A stretch of DNA of 64,000 bases from assembly GCA_951406725.2 (NCBI GenBank), contig OX597821.1:25668001-25732000 (forward strand), in the 5' to 3' direction. Below are positions 1-11,490 of this stretch, piece after piece (the stretch's first letter is position 1; each line of letters opens with the position of its first letter). This stretch comes from Octopus vulgaris. Lineage: Eukaryota. Below the pieces are notes generated by a model. The model searched no databases and was not told the origin of the DNA. It saw only the letters and a program-made list of their open reading frames with translations. A program made the position numbers and the translations under genes.

Positions 1-514
1 CCTTGATCTTTGGATCTTACATTTATATATCTATAAATTGTTTTTATGTTTTTTTTTATAGTTTCTGCAGATTGCTTGAAGCTAACTTTCTTCCTCTACC
101 TTGATCCTTGGATTTTACATTTATATATCTATATATATATTGTTGCTATTATGCAAAAATGGCATAAGTCCAAAACATTGCTTTTTCAGAAAACGAAAAA
201 TAGCTTCACCATTCCATAGCAAAACTTTTGTACAATTTTTGATATCATGGCATCTGAAGCAGCTGGAGATACAATAGTTTGTCCAAAAGAACTGGCTATT
301 GCAAACAAAAATAAATATTGAAAAACGCATTTGGCCAAATGTGGACATACAACAGTTTAACATAAAAGTAATGATATATATATATATATATATATATATT
401 GAGGCTTCTTTCAGTTTCTGTCTACCAAATTCATTCACAAGGCCTTGGTCAGCCTGATGCTTTAGTAATCTTTATCATTCCTTACAAGTATTTGTTAATT
501 TCTTTATATTGATA

Positions 515-911
515 CTAGCAGTATCGCCCGGCATTGCTCGGTTTGTAAGGGAAATAACTATATAAGCATTTTTAGAGAGTCATTGCCAAAAAATAGCAAA
601 AAAATGCATTAAAAATGGAAAAAAATGATGGTAAATTTTTTTTTTAAATCGTTGACTCATCATAGACATTTTTAGAGAGTTACTTCCCTTATATAATAGC
701 GAAAAAATGCATTAAAATAGGAAAAATTGATGGTAAATTTTTTTTTTAATCGTAGACTCATCGTAGACGCACACTAATACCCAGAAGGGCTCGATATGAA
801 TCACGACTATAAGATACCCGGTTTTGGTTAAACTGCACCGCAAAATGTGGGAGTAGTTAGGAATCTAAATCGTAGGAGACAGACACACAATTTGACTTTT
901 ATATATAAAGA
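515..911 (-). mobile_element. Non-autonomous Helitron-type element
   Basis: On the minus strand it starts A|TCTTTATATATAAAAG (912|911) and ends ...CTAG|T (515|514). A GC-rich subterminal hairpin (CCGGCATTGCTCGG, 528-541) lies ~10 bp from the end, there is no TSD, and the internal block CATTTTTAGAGAGT...AAAAATGCATTAAAA...ATGGTAAATTTTTTT is duplicated. Confidence 0.75.
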
Positions 912-2032
912 TTTCTTTGTATTGATTATGAACTTTATTTCAGATATTCAAAAAATCTGTTGAATGATTCTAAATTTCTGATGGCTGCTGTACTTACACA
1001 AACTCTTGAATGTTGATTTAGGTAAAATGTAGATATTTTAGTGTAGATGTTGATAGTTAATAGAACATCTTTCATATTGTGAAATATTGCTGATAATTAA
1101 CCACTGATTTTAATTTTAATTAATGAAAAGTTAAATTAATTAATAAATGCTGTTAATGTTGTTAGGTGAGAGTTGGTCAGTGAAGAAAATTGTTCTTAGA
1201 AGTATATGGAAGGACAGAGGGACATGCATGCATAAAGGTGAAATCAGGTCGCTGAGGTTATTCCTTCAGGGATACAAATTCTTATTTGATACAAAAGCAT
1301 GCCAACAAACATGGTCTGTCATTCATCATAAACTCACTGTAAACAATGATTTTCCAGCTGAATTTTGTTTATTATTATGTTCTTCAACATTACTATTGTT
1401 GTTGTTTTAATTTTGTTTCCTTCTCCCCATTCTTTGTTTCTTAGATTTATTTTTTCACACTGGTCTTTGCTGTTGTGTTTAGTGACCGACAGTAATTTGA
1501 AATGATATCAAGTCAAACAAGAATTGTCAGTCCTCTATAGATTTAGTTTTATCATGTTTTTATATTGATTAACTGTCACATTTTGCCTCACACTATCAAC
1601 ATTTTAAAATCAAAAAATTGCTTCTGTATTTTACAGGGGATTTTGTTTTATTTCATTCTTCATGTATAGTAATTCACCCCTAATTTTTATGTCCACCTAT
1701 ATTTTTGTATGGTAGTGGTAGTGCACGTTGCTATAAACTTTGGCTTGTCTATTTAACCCATTTAATTCCATATAGCAATCATTTCTTAAATTTGTGAAGA
1801 AAATAAATGATGGAAACTACCAATCAAACATAAGCAGTTTCAAAACCTACAGCCTCTAAGCGTTTACAAAGTAGTAGATGGGGCATTGATTAACAGGTGA
1901 AAAAGTAGTTTAGATTATTATTATGAGTTGCTGTGATAAATGAACCACAGTTTAAATTATGAAGCAATGGAAAGTATGTTCAGATTTTGTTACTCCTTTA
2001 TCATTCAGATTATTCTGTCAAATATGATGCTT

Positions 2033-2492
2033 ATTCTGTTGTGTCTGGGGAGAGTCATTTTCTTTTAGTGCCTTATTATTTAACACACTCACCGGTAAAA
2101 TTTCCACTTATTTCTTATTTTTTATTTTCTAAAATTATCGTTGTGTCTTGCAACCTTTTCAATAGCTAACATTTCCTTCAAACCTTGCTTTTGTTACACT
2201 AATTCAAATCCTAAAGAATCCCTCAAGGAAACACATGGCTATGATGCTCCCCCATTATTCCTGCTCATGATCAGAGATGCACATATTGTCAGTCACTAAA
2301 GGACACTAAGAGTCAAGACTATTGAAAAGGTTGCAAGACGCAATGAAAATTTTAGAAAATAAAAAATAAGAAATAAGTAGAAATTTTACCGGTGAGTGTG
2401 TTAAATAATAAGGCACTAAAAGAAAATGACTCTCCCCAGACACAGCAGAATATGCTTCAACACAAAGAATCTTGCAAACCAAATCCAAAAAT
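2033..2492 (+). mobile_element. Penelope-like (PLE) terminal-repeat insertion: inverted partial copy, captured spacer, forward copy
   Basis: 2033-2165 is the reverse complement of ~2319-2451. The forward arm carries a hammerhead-like fold at 2319-2355. The PLE assignment is inferred from this architecture; no RT or GIY-YIG coding sequence is present. Confidence 0.6.
2319..2355 (+). ncRNA. Minimal hammerhead-like motif, variant core UUGAAAA
   Basis: CTA-TTGAAAA-G-GTTGC(AAGAC)GCAAT-GAAA-AT-TT-TAG. The inverted arm has CAAC at the stem end, so the consensus stem II is GTTGC/GCAAC. Confidence 0.45.
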
Positions 2493-2742
2493 GAAATATA
2501 ATGCTTATATTAATTTGAAATAATCATGCATTATCTTGTAGGTAGCTTTAAAACTTCAATGATGTTATCGTTTTTTCAGAGTGACCTTGTAGGGTAGGTA
2601 TGAGAGGCCAGATCTGGCTAGTTTCAACATCAAACAGGTAGATTATTTGAGCTAGATATGTCTTGTTTAATGTTTAAGGGTTGATTACTCTGGAATAAAA
2701 CACTGAGGTGTGGGTTATTGATTGATATATTTGATATTTAAA

Positions 2743-2956
2743 GGCGGCGAGCTGGCAGAAATGTTAGTGCGCCGGGCGAAATGTTTAGCGGTATTTCGTC
2801 TGTCATTATGTTCTGAGTTCAAATTCCGCCGAGGTCGACTTTGCCTTTCATCCTTTCGGGGTCGATAAATAAAGTACCAGTTTTGCAACTGGGGTCATTG
2901 TAATTCCTTTGTCCTTGTTTGTCCCCTCTGTTTAGCCCCTTGTGGGCAGTAAAGAA
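2743..2956 (+). mobile_element. tRNA-derived SINE family A (central core resembles the MetaSINE/MESC domain)
   Basis: GGCGGCGAGCTGGCAGAA head, B-box GAGTTCAAATTCC, core GCCTTTCATCCTTTCGGGGTCGATAAA, tail AGCCCCTTGTGGGCAGTAAAGAAAT. Many copies in the window. Confidence 0.85.
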
Positions 2957-3486
2957 ATATATTTAATGTGTGTTTTCAAGTCAAAATCTATGGAGTTTTG
3001 TGTGAACAAGGAGCTCTGTAATCCACTCAACTAAAGCTTACCTCTGTTTGTTATAGAATTATGTAGGTGAGAGACAAATCTCATCTTCTTTTTTTTTTTG
3101 ATAAACCACTTGTCTATTTTTCTGATGCTGACAGCTGTATATAATATCACCTTGTGATGCCTACATACCACTAAGTGTACTGGGCTTTTCAGAGTTAATA
3201 CTGTTTTCTATAAATACATCAAACAATTGCTGACAGGATTTGAACTGATAACATCTTTGTTGAATAATTGGTGTACTGTAATATACATTATCCATGCATG
3301 TGTGTGTGTTTGTTATATATATATATAGAGAGAGGGAGAGAGACAGACAGCGCAAATTGATTTATTAACATCAAAGAATAAATCCATGGAAATTAAGAGC
3401 TCAGTTAATAAAAGGTCATTAAATTCTAGCAAGTTATTACTTTCCCGTATATACATGTAGGTCTGATTTGCATGTTTCTACATAGC

Positions 3487-3930
3487 ACTGTGTAACACAA
3501 TTTTTTTCCTTGTGTAGCAACTTTTGTTTACTATTTGCTTACCCCTAGAAAGTATGGAAAATGGCTAACATTTCCTTCAAACCTTGCTTTTGTTACACTA
3601 ATTCAAATCCTAAAGAATCCCTCAAGGAAACACATGGCTATGATGCTCCCCCATTAATCCTGCTCATGATCAGAGATGCACATATTGTCAGTCACTAAGG
3701 GACATGCTCAAGTGGTTAAGGTCAAGTAACTGACAAGCAAATCTATGGTATTGAGCTGAATATTTGCTATAACAATATTTCTAATTCAGCATCTCTGCTG
3801 AATCTGTCTGAAATATAACTGAAACAGGTCATTTTCAAAACATTGATATCCAGTTTGAATGGAATAGTTGTAATTTCCTTTGATTTCTATATAGAAACAA
3901 ATAGGAAATAACACTTACTGAACAAAGACA
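3487..3930 (+). mobile_element. Dispersed repeat (probable non-autonomous DNA transposon)
   Basis: Colinear diverged copy at ~49087-49460 sharing CACTGTGTAACA and TCAGAGATGCACATATTGTCAG. Confidence 0.6.
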
Positions 3931-4409
3931 AAATTTTGTTGCGCAGTGTAATTGACTAAAATGATTTTTAAGAACAACATATTTAATATAAAGTAGAAAA
4001 GCATGAATTTTATATATAGTTCATCAGTTAATTGTACTCAATGGTTGTTTCATTAAGATAAACACCAACAAATGTCTTTTTGGCTTGGCTGTATGAACAA
4101 AAATTAAGAAGGGCTGGTCCACATCTATAGTTGAAGGTCTGGCCAGGATTTGATGACGAAGTGTTGCGGTTCTTTCTCCTGTGCCTTTTGTTCTTGAGAG
4201 TGGCCCTGTGAGTGTTTTCAAAGGAGGAGAGAGCATGGTCGATAGTGAGACACCAGACATCACAGTCTTCAGCCAGGGTGGACTACTGGTGATGGTTGAT
4301 GTGTCAAGCACCAAGGGATCTTTTAAAACAGTCCTTTAAGTGAAGGCCCCCCCCACCCCACCCCACCCCTGCATCACCCCATAGAAGGGCTTCACTTAAA
4401 GGACTGTTT

Positions 4410-4637
4410 GGCAAAATTTGATGCCATATCTCTGCTCGATGTCTTTAGTGAAAACGAAAATCTAATGAGCATGAACTACATGTCTGTACTCTACATATAA
4501 CAGCCAAGAACTGGCATGGCCTACCACTGCAAAAATTTTCAAGCATATACAAGAAGGATGGCATCATCTTTCACCTAAAAGATTTTGCCCATGTGATGTT
4601 AGTTTTGGTGGGAAAATATAAAGTTGGATACTTTTCC
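4410..4637 (-). mobile_element. mariner-like transposon 5' fragment
   Basis: The minus strand encodes EQRYGIKFC, typical of a mariner transposase N-terminal HTH start, downstream of a TIR-like AGAAAAGTATCCAACTT. Confidence 0.45.
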
Positions 4638-4666
4638 TCATTTATCATTTATATATGTGTGTGTGA

Positions 4667-4699
<33 letters not shown>

Positions 4700-4703
<4 letters not shown>

Positions 4704-4925
4704 TCCTTGTCTAGACATTATGCCACTGTTATAAGCAAGTGCCACTGTATTGCAAGCGGTTTCCTTCCTTTGCCTTCTTTGAATACATGTACAGATTCTG
4801 GGAAATACTATCTTGCTTGGAAACATGTGAGCGCTGGCAACAGGAAAGGCATCCAGCTGTAGATAATCTGCATCTCAATGAATTCCATCGAGCATAGAAA
4901 CTGATGTTAAAATGGTCATGATGTT
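4700..4925 (+). mobile_element. SINE 3' module ending in an RTE-type tail
   Basis: Contains GGCAACAGGAAAGGCATCCAGCTGTAGA. Homologous to 17230-17465, 35300-35550 and the 3' half of 56412-56885. Confidence 0.7.
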
Positions 4926-4928
4926 AGT

Positions 4929-4973
<45 letters not shown>

Positions 4974-5151
4974 ACACACAAAGACAGAGAGAAAGTGATA
5001 GACAGACAGACAGACAGAATTTTGTATATCATTTATAATTTATATTATTGAGATGAATTTTCACAATCATTACTATGTTACACATTAGTAGATTTAGCTG
5101 CCTGTTTGGGGTCTGAGCGAGTGACAACATATCTGTGAAACAGGACAAATA

Positions 5152-6198
5152 TTGTGTCATTCCATAAATAATGCAGTTTTTTATACTTCTTTTATTTTTC
5201 AAAATTAAGATAAACAAAGTTCTTTTTTAATCTAAAATATACTCTCCTCCATTTTCTGCAATGCTCTTTCATCTATCTGGTAATTTTGCGAGACCCCTCT
5301 TCCAAAAATGTCTTTGGCAACCTGATCCTTCCCCAAAATTGCCAGAGTTAATTTGAAACCATTATTATTATTGTACAAGTACTGTTTTACCTCGTCTACA
5401 AAATTCATATTTTTTTCCATCCAAATGCAGAATAAATGATAATCAGATATGGCAATGTCCAGTGAATATAGTGGGTGGGGCATCATTTCCCATTCAAACA
5501 GCTTCAGCCTTTGGAATGTCACCCTCACTGTATGTGGCCAAGCATTATCCTGATGGAAGAACACTTTTTGTCTTAAAACCAAAGATGGTCATTTTCCTTC
5601 TAGAGCTGACTTAAGCTGCTCAAGCTGCTTGCAGCAGATCTTATTTGTTATCGTTTGGTTTGGGTTTAAAAGTTCAAAGTGGGCTAAACCTTTCATATTC
5701 CACCCACCTGATAACAACACCTTATGTGGGTGAAGACCTTCTTTAGCCTGGGATGCTGGTGTTTCTCCTTTCCCTATCCACTGTCTTCAGCACTTGACAT
5801 TTTTATAGGGAACCCATTTCTCAGCACCAGGATGAGGCTTGTCTTCTAGGCTGTAGTTTCTGGCCCGGAATTTCTGGAACCACTGTTAACACTGGTTTAC
5901 GCTTAATGTCTGATCCCCATATACTGCATTAATATTCCTTGCACTTTCCATTGCACTGTTGCTTTTATTAAACTCATAAAGCAAAATATACTGAATATGC
6001 TCCTTTGTCACTTTCATTATAGCTTTGAAAATATAACTGTTAAAATCAAACTGCACTCTTCAAAACTTGCACTAAGAATAAGTCAAGTTAAATTTACTAC
6101 CTACTTTTATAGCAAGTTGATTTAGGTAGTTTATCCCGCCCCCTCCAACTTCTAGTTCATGCAATTGAAAAAACTGCATTATTTATGGGATGACCTAG
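5152..6198 (-). mobile_element. Decayed mariner transposon
   Basis: Imperfect ~30-bp TIRs (GTCAT(T/C)CCATAAATAATGCAGTTTTTT) flanked by TA at 5150-51 and 6199-6200. Transposase remnants HQDNAWPH and HPLYSLDIAISDYHLF (YSPDL motif) in ORF 5232..5582. Confidence 0.9.
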
Positions 6199-6230
6199 TA
6201 TTTGTACAGCTTAAAGATTTAATTATATAT

Positions 6231-6460
6231 ATTTCTTTACTACCCACAAGGAGCTAAACACAGAGGAGACAAACAGGGACAGACAAACGGATTAAGTCGA
6301 TTACATCGACCCCAGTGCGTAACTGGTACTTAATTTATCGACCCTGGAAGGATGAAAGGCAAAGTCGACCTTGGCGGAATTTGAACTCGGAACGTAACGG
6401 CAGACGAAATACGGCAACGCATTTCGCCCAGCGTGCTAACGTTTCTGCCAGCTCGCCGCC
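6231..6460 (-). mobile_element. SINE family A
   Basis: Full-length copy with an 18-bp TSD AAA(G/A)ATTTAATTATATAT at 6213-6230 and 6465-6482. Confidence 0.9.
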
Positions 6461-6494
6461 TTCAAAAAATTTAATTATATATGTTTTTTTTCTT

Positions 6495-6680
6495 TTACTC
6501 TCAAAAGGTTTTAGTCATTCGACTGTGGCCATGCTGGGGCAATTAACTTTTCTTTTTCAAGCCTGGTACTTATTCTAATTGATCTCTTTTTGCTGAACCA
6601 CTAAGTTATAGGGACATAAAACAAACCAACACTAGTTGTCAAGTGGTGGTGGGGTCAAACACAAATACAAAGACACACAA
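6495..6680 (-). mobile_element. SINE family B, 3' part
   Basis: Reverse complement of the tail of 37464-37908 (CAGCATGGCCACAGTC, AGAATAAGTACCAGGCTT). Confidence 0.7.
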
Positions 6681-6929
6681 AGATATATACACAAACACAC
6701 ACACATATATATGTATATATACATATGTATGTTACCCATGTTGAATCTTGCAAAAGAAATCCAGAGAAGTATTCAAACTCTACTTCCAACCCAAGGCAAA
6801 AGACACCCTTGCTACTGCCACTGAGTAGTAGCAACAACAACAACAACAACAAACATGATGTGTGGTTCCTGATGAAAAGCAAACCCAGCCATCAAGGCTC
6901 AAAAAATGGAAAATACCCTACACTGATAG

Positions 6930-9900
6930 ATTGCAGCACACTCACATCCAATCCCTTTCTTTGTCCTAACTGAGACCCACCTAAATGACCGTCATTTAGA
7001 GGCTGCATGGAAAATCAGAGACTTCACTGCCATTTGCACTGATTGGGCAGGCCAAAGAAAGGGTGGAGTTGCTGTTTTCCTCCATGATTCTTTCAGCACA
7101 GATGCCAAGGATTTTTTCTCCAATGGCTACTGCGAATCAGTCTCTGTTCACAACAAGGGTAAAGACCTGTGTCATTGAGCTCTACAGCCTCCCCCACCCC
7201 CCAAGTACCCTTACATTATATCCAAGAGTGCCTTGAGAAGATCAAATCTTTCCTCCTGCAATGTAACACAGGAACTATTCTGATGATGGGCAACTTCAAC
7301 CTGCCCTCTGTAGATTGGTCCACTAATGTTGTTAGAGCAAGAACTTTCACCTCAAGCTCAGACAAAGCTGCAGTGGAGTTACTTTTCAAATTTATGGGTA
7401 ATTTGTTTCCTATCACAACTCGTCCGTGGACCAACCAGAAACAACCAAAGTGTCTTGGATCTAGTGCTAAGCAATCATGCAAACACTATCCATAACATCA
7501 CAATGGAAAAAAACCTTCCTATCCGAGCATGACATAGTATGCTGTAACCTCAATCAGCATCATCCAAAGATTTGGCAAAAATCAAACTCCAGTGCAGCCA
7601 TTTGATAATATGAATTTACACAAGTCAAATTAGAGTGCGATCACTCAAGACTTATCACAAATGGACTGGTCCCTCACCCTTGTTTCCTCCAATAGTACAA
7701 TAAACACAAATGCATGGCAACTATTTGAGGACACAGTCACCCATATATGCTCAAAACACACACCCTCTTGATTCATAAATAACAATAGATGCAAGATTCC
7801 AAAATAGAGAAAAGTGATCATCATGAGAATAAAAAGAATAAACCAAAAAATCAATGCTCCAAAATAGCACCATCTAAAATACTCCCAAAATACCTGCAAT
7901 CAAGAACATTAACAACCTCGTAATAAAAGAAGCAACAACTGTATGAGAACCTTCATAAATGACCAAAGAACTGCAGAGGAAGCCTGGGCTATTAAAAGCA
8001 TCAAGAATAATCCTAAAGTCTTTTACTCCTTTGCAAAAACACATAGAACCACAATTTCCTCTATCGGCCCACTGGTTGACAGAAATGACATCCTTCACAG
8101 TGATGCCAAAAACATGGCTGAGATCCTGCAAAGTCAATGTTGCTCTGTTTTCAGTGACCCTGATTCAATTGACTCAAGCAGCTTTGCTTCTTTGAATCCT
8201 CAACATGTCCTTTCCAACATAACCTTCGATGCCACCGATATCCCAGCTGCAATAAAAGAAATCAAACCTGATTCAGCAGTGGGTCCTGACAGGTTCTCTG
8301 CTTGAGTGCTGAAGGAATGCAGATAGCAACTTGCAGCTCCTCTTGCAAATCTCTGGAGGAAATTACTGGATGCCAGTTTTATCCCTCAAAATCTTCTCTC
8401 CTAGTCAGTCGTTCATATCTTTAAAAAAGCGAATGAATCACTCCCAGTAAACTACCATCCAGTCTCACTCACCTAACATATCATCAAAATATTTGAGAGA
8501 GTGTTGAGATCAAGAATAACAGCCTTCCTAGAAAAAATCATCTCCTAAATTGCAACTAGCATGGCTTTCATGGTGGGAGGAATTGTCTAACACAACTCCT
8601 CCACCACTTTGATGACATCTTAAATGCACTAAGTGAGGGCTCCAACACTGATGTCGTATACCTTGATTTCAGCAAGACCTTTGACAGAGTCAACAATATA
8701 CTGTCAAGGAAACAAGATGGTGAGCAAGCAGAAATGTTAGCACACCGGGCGAAATACTTCGAAGTATTTTGCCTGTGTTTACATTCTGAGTTCAAATTCT
8801 GCTGAGGTCGACTTTGCCTTTCATCCTTTCGGGGTTGATTAAATAAGTACCAGTTACGCACTGAGGTCAATGTAATCGACTTAATCCCTTTGTCTCTCCT
8901 TGCTTGTCCCCTCTATGTTTAGCCTCCTGGGGGCAATAAAGAAATAAATATACTGTTACAGAAACTATTCCATGTTGGAGTCAGTGGAAAGCTATTTCAA
9001 TGGATTAGGTATTTCCTAACAAACAGGACCCAGGATATGGTTAATGCCATCCACTGAAGACCAGCAAAAGTCATCAGTGGAGTCCCGCAGAGCAATGTGC
9101 TGGGTCCACTTCTTTTTATTGTCTATATCAATGACATTGCAGATTCCATTGAACATAGCACCATAAAAATATTTGCAGATGACTCTAAGCTCCAGAAAGT
9201 CATTAAGGGAGCATATGAGCAAACAATGTTTCAATCGGACCTATGCACAGTATCCCAGTGGGCATAAAAAAAAAATATGCAGTTGAACAAGGAAAAATTT
9301 GAGCTCATCCACTTTGGAAAAAAGGGCACACTCAAACAACCATATTCACTACCGTCGGGAGACCTACTTGAACCGTTGGATAATATCAGAAACTTAGATG
9401 TAGCTGTCGACAGCAACCTTAACTGGAGTGTGCACCTCAACAAAAAAGTTGATGTTGCCCACAGAATGTACTTATGGATCCTCAGAACTTTTCAATCTAG
9501 GGATCATGAAACCATCATTCTTCTCTTCTCCACATTTGCTAGGCCCCCACCTTGAATACTGCTGCCCATTGTGGTCTCCCTACAAAAAGAAAGACATAAT
9601 GAGGATCGAAGTGCCACAAAGATCAATCACTAAAAAAATAAATGGCATAGTGGGACTTGATTATTGGGCTTGACTGAAACTCTATTCTCTGCAACACCGC
9701 CATGAGCGATGCATTATTTGCACCATGTGGAAAATATTCCACCAGTGTTATCCAAATGATATTAGTATCATCTTTACAATTAACCCAGGACTAGGCCCCC
9801 ATGCAATGCATCCCCTACAAAGGTCAAGATCACATCACATAAGAACATTGCGACACAGTTTCTTCACTGCAAATGGTCCTGCTCTTTTCAATGTTATCCC

Positions 9901-10130
9901 AAAAGAAATTAAAGTAGAAAAAGACCCCACGACTTTCAAACAGTACCTGGACAAATTCCTCCAGGAAATACCGGATAAATCACCTACACCTGGATACATC
10001 TCAGCCAACAACAATTCTCTGCTTGAGTGGTCCATGGTGTCCTGAAATAATTGACTAAAAGACTTTTCCAGGTGGTGCTGTTGAGTTAGTCATGGCCTGG
10101 GCCGATAATGGCCAAAACCAATCTAAGTTA
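6930..10130 (+). mobile_element. CR1/L2-group LINE, near-complete but frameshifted ORF2 (APE endonuclease + reverse transcriptase) and 3' UTR
   Basis: APE motifs LTETHL, GGVAVF, MGNFNLP, PTRNNQSVLDLVLSN. RT motifs NPKVFYSFAK, GPDRFS, YLDFSKTFDRV, SGVPQSNVLGPLLFIVYINDI, FADDSK. C-terminal LEYCCPLWSP. 3' stem-loop GGCC-GATAAT-GGCC near 10098-10115. Many stops and frameshifts. Confidence 0.92.
8714..8946 (+). mobile_element. SINE family A inserted into the LINE RT domain
   Basis: Family A sequence flanked by the diverged duplication AATATACTGTCAAGGAAAC (8695-8713) / AATATACTGTTACAGAAAC (8947-8965). Confidence 0.85.
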
Positions 10131-10154
10131 TACATACATATATATAAGTGTGTG

Positions 10155-10305
10155 ATGGGCTTCTTTCAGTTTCTGTCTACCAAATCCACTCAAGGCTTTG
10201 GTTGGCCCAAGGCTACAGTAGAAGACACTAGCCTGAAGTGGCACACAGTGGGGCAGAACACAATCATGTAGGGAAGCAAGCTTCTTACTACACAGCTATG
10301 CTTGC
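10155..10305 (-). mobile_element. SINE family B, 5' part
   Basis: Reverse complement of the tRNA-like head plus GGATTTGGTAGACAGAAACTGAAAGAAGCCC. Confidence 0.75.
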
Positions 10306-10523
10306 GTCTGTTATTAAATGTTACTAATGTTATATTGGTAATATTTATAGTATTTATTTTTACAGGAACTAATACCAAGCATTGTGTAGCGTAATTTGTA
10401 ATGCAGTCACCCAGCAACTGCTATATACATACATTGTTCAAGTTCTGTTAGAGTTCCTGTTGTTTTTTTTATAGTAAAATTAATACTTATATCATCTTAT
10501 ATAATTTTAAAATCTTATAGCAA

Positions 10524-10740
10524 TTAACCTTTTTAAACCAGCCAAAATATTCAACTTGTTTTATGTTAAAACCAGCCTGATCCAGCCTCTCTCACCTACC
10601 CTACAATGTCATTCGAAAAATCAACAATTACATCATTAAAATCTCAAAGCTACCAGATAATGTATGATTAATTTAAAACAAAATGGGAATAAATAAGCAT
10701 TGCATTTGACAGAGTATTCTGAATGCTAAAGGATTAGAAT
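10524..10740. mobile_element. TTAA-type MITE
   Basis: TTAACCTTTT...GCTAAAGGATTAG ends; reverse-complement homolog of 1990-2684. Confidence 0.6.
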
Positions 10741-10820
10741 CTTAAAATCTATTAAAATATTAACTGTTAATTTACATAAATTCACATATACATATATCTA
10801 TATCTATCTATATCTATATC

Positions 10821-10856
<36 letters not shown>

Positions 10857-11490
10857 TATTAATCAAAATTAATTAGATACTCAACTATGATCTTAATGAG
10901 ACCATAATTGATTAAGAAAAATTATTCTTTTACTTAACTCACTTTACAACTAACTACTGGCCTACTGGTTTACTGTAACACTCTCTATCTCAACATCTCC
11001 CTGCCACTCTCTCGCTCCTCTTTCTCTGTCCGCCCCTCTTTCTCTTTTTCTTTCTTTTTTTCCCTCTCTCTCTCTCTTTTCTGTTACTAACTGTACTAGC
11101 CTGATTTTTTTTTTTTACCAAACTTAAAGACTTCTTATACCACTTAATGTTAAGTAACGTTTGGTACCCTTCGTTATTTATCCTTGTAGTAGGAATGTTA
11201 TGGAGTTGCAACCACTTAAATGAAGTGCCAGTGGTGAATGAAGTTGAAAGTGTGGCTTTAATGTGAACAAGTTAACATGTAAAAATACACTAACGACGTC
11301 ATATTGGTGGTTGTTGGCGACAATTATATATTTCAGAGCAAATCCTGAATGGTGTGACAAACTAAATTTAATATGGAATTAATGAAAATTGAAATCCTAT
11401 ATGATGTTGAAATATTTTTAGGCAATCTGTTATCCTATTTTCAAAGAATTACCTAGACATTTTCAATCTTATGACCATTGTATTTACATA

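Larger units (their letters stand above)
1990..2684. mobile_element. TTAA-type (piggyBac-like) MITE, interrupted at ~2033-2492
   Basis: Degenerate ends TTACTCCTTTATCATT / AATGTTTAAGGGTTGA. Same family as the reverse-oriented copy at 10524-10740. The sequence resumes after the insertion with a duplicated AAATAT(G/A)ATGCTTA. Confidence 0.6.

Noticed and set aside
1-135. Direct repeat CCTTGATC(T/C)TTGGAT(C/T)TTACATTTATATATCTATA at 1 and 100
   Set aside because: Truncated by the window edge and cannot be classified.
2027-2457. Apparent 6-bp TSD ATGCTT around the inverted arms, suggesting a TIR DNA transposon
   Set aside because: The right arm continues to ~2492 and the host MITE resumes there with a longer duplication, so the hexamer is better explained as junction microhomology.
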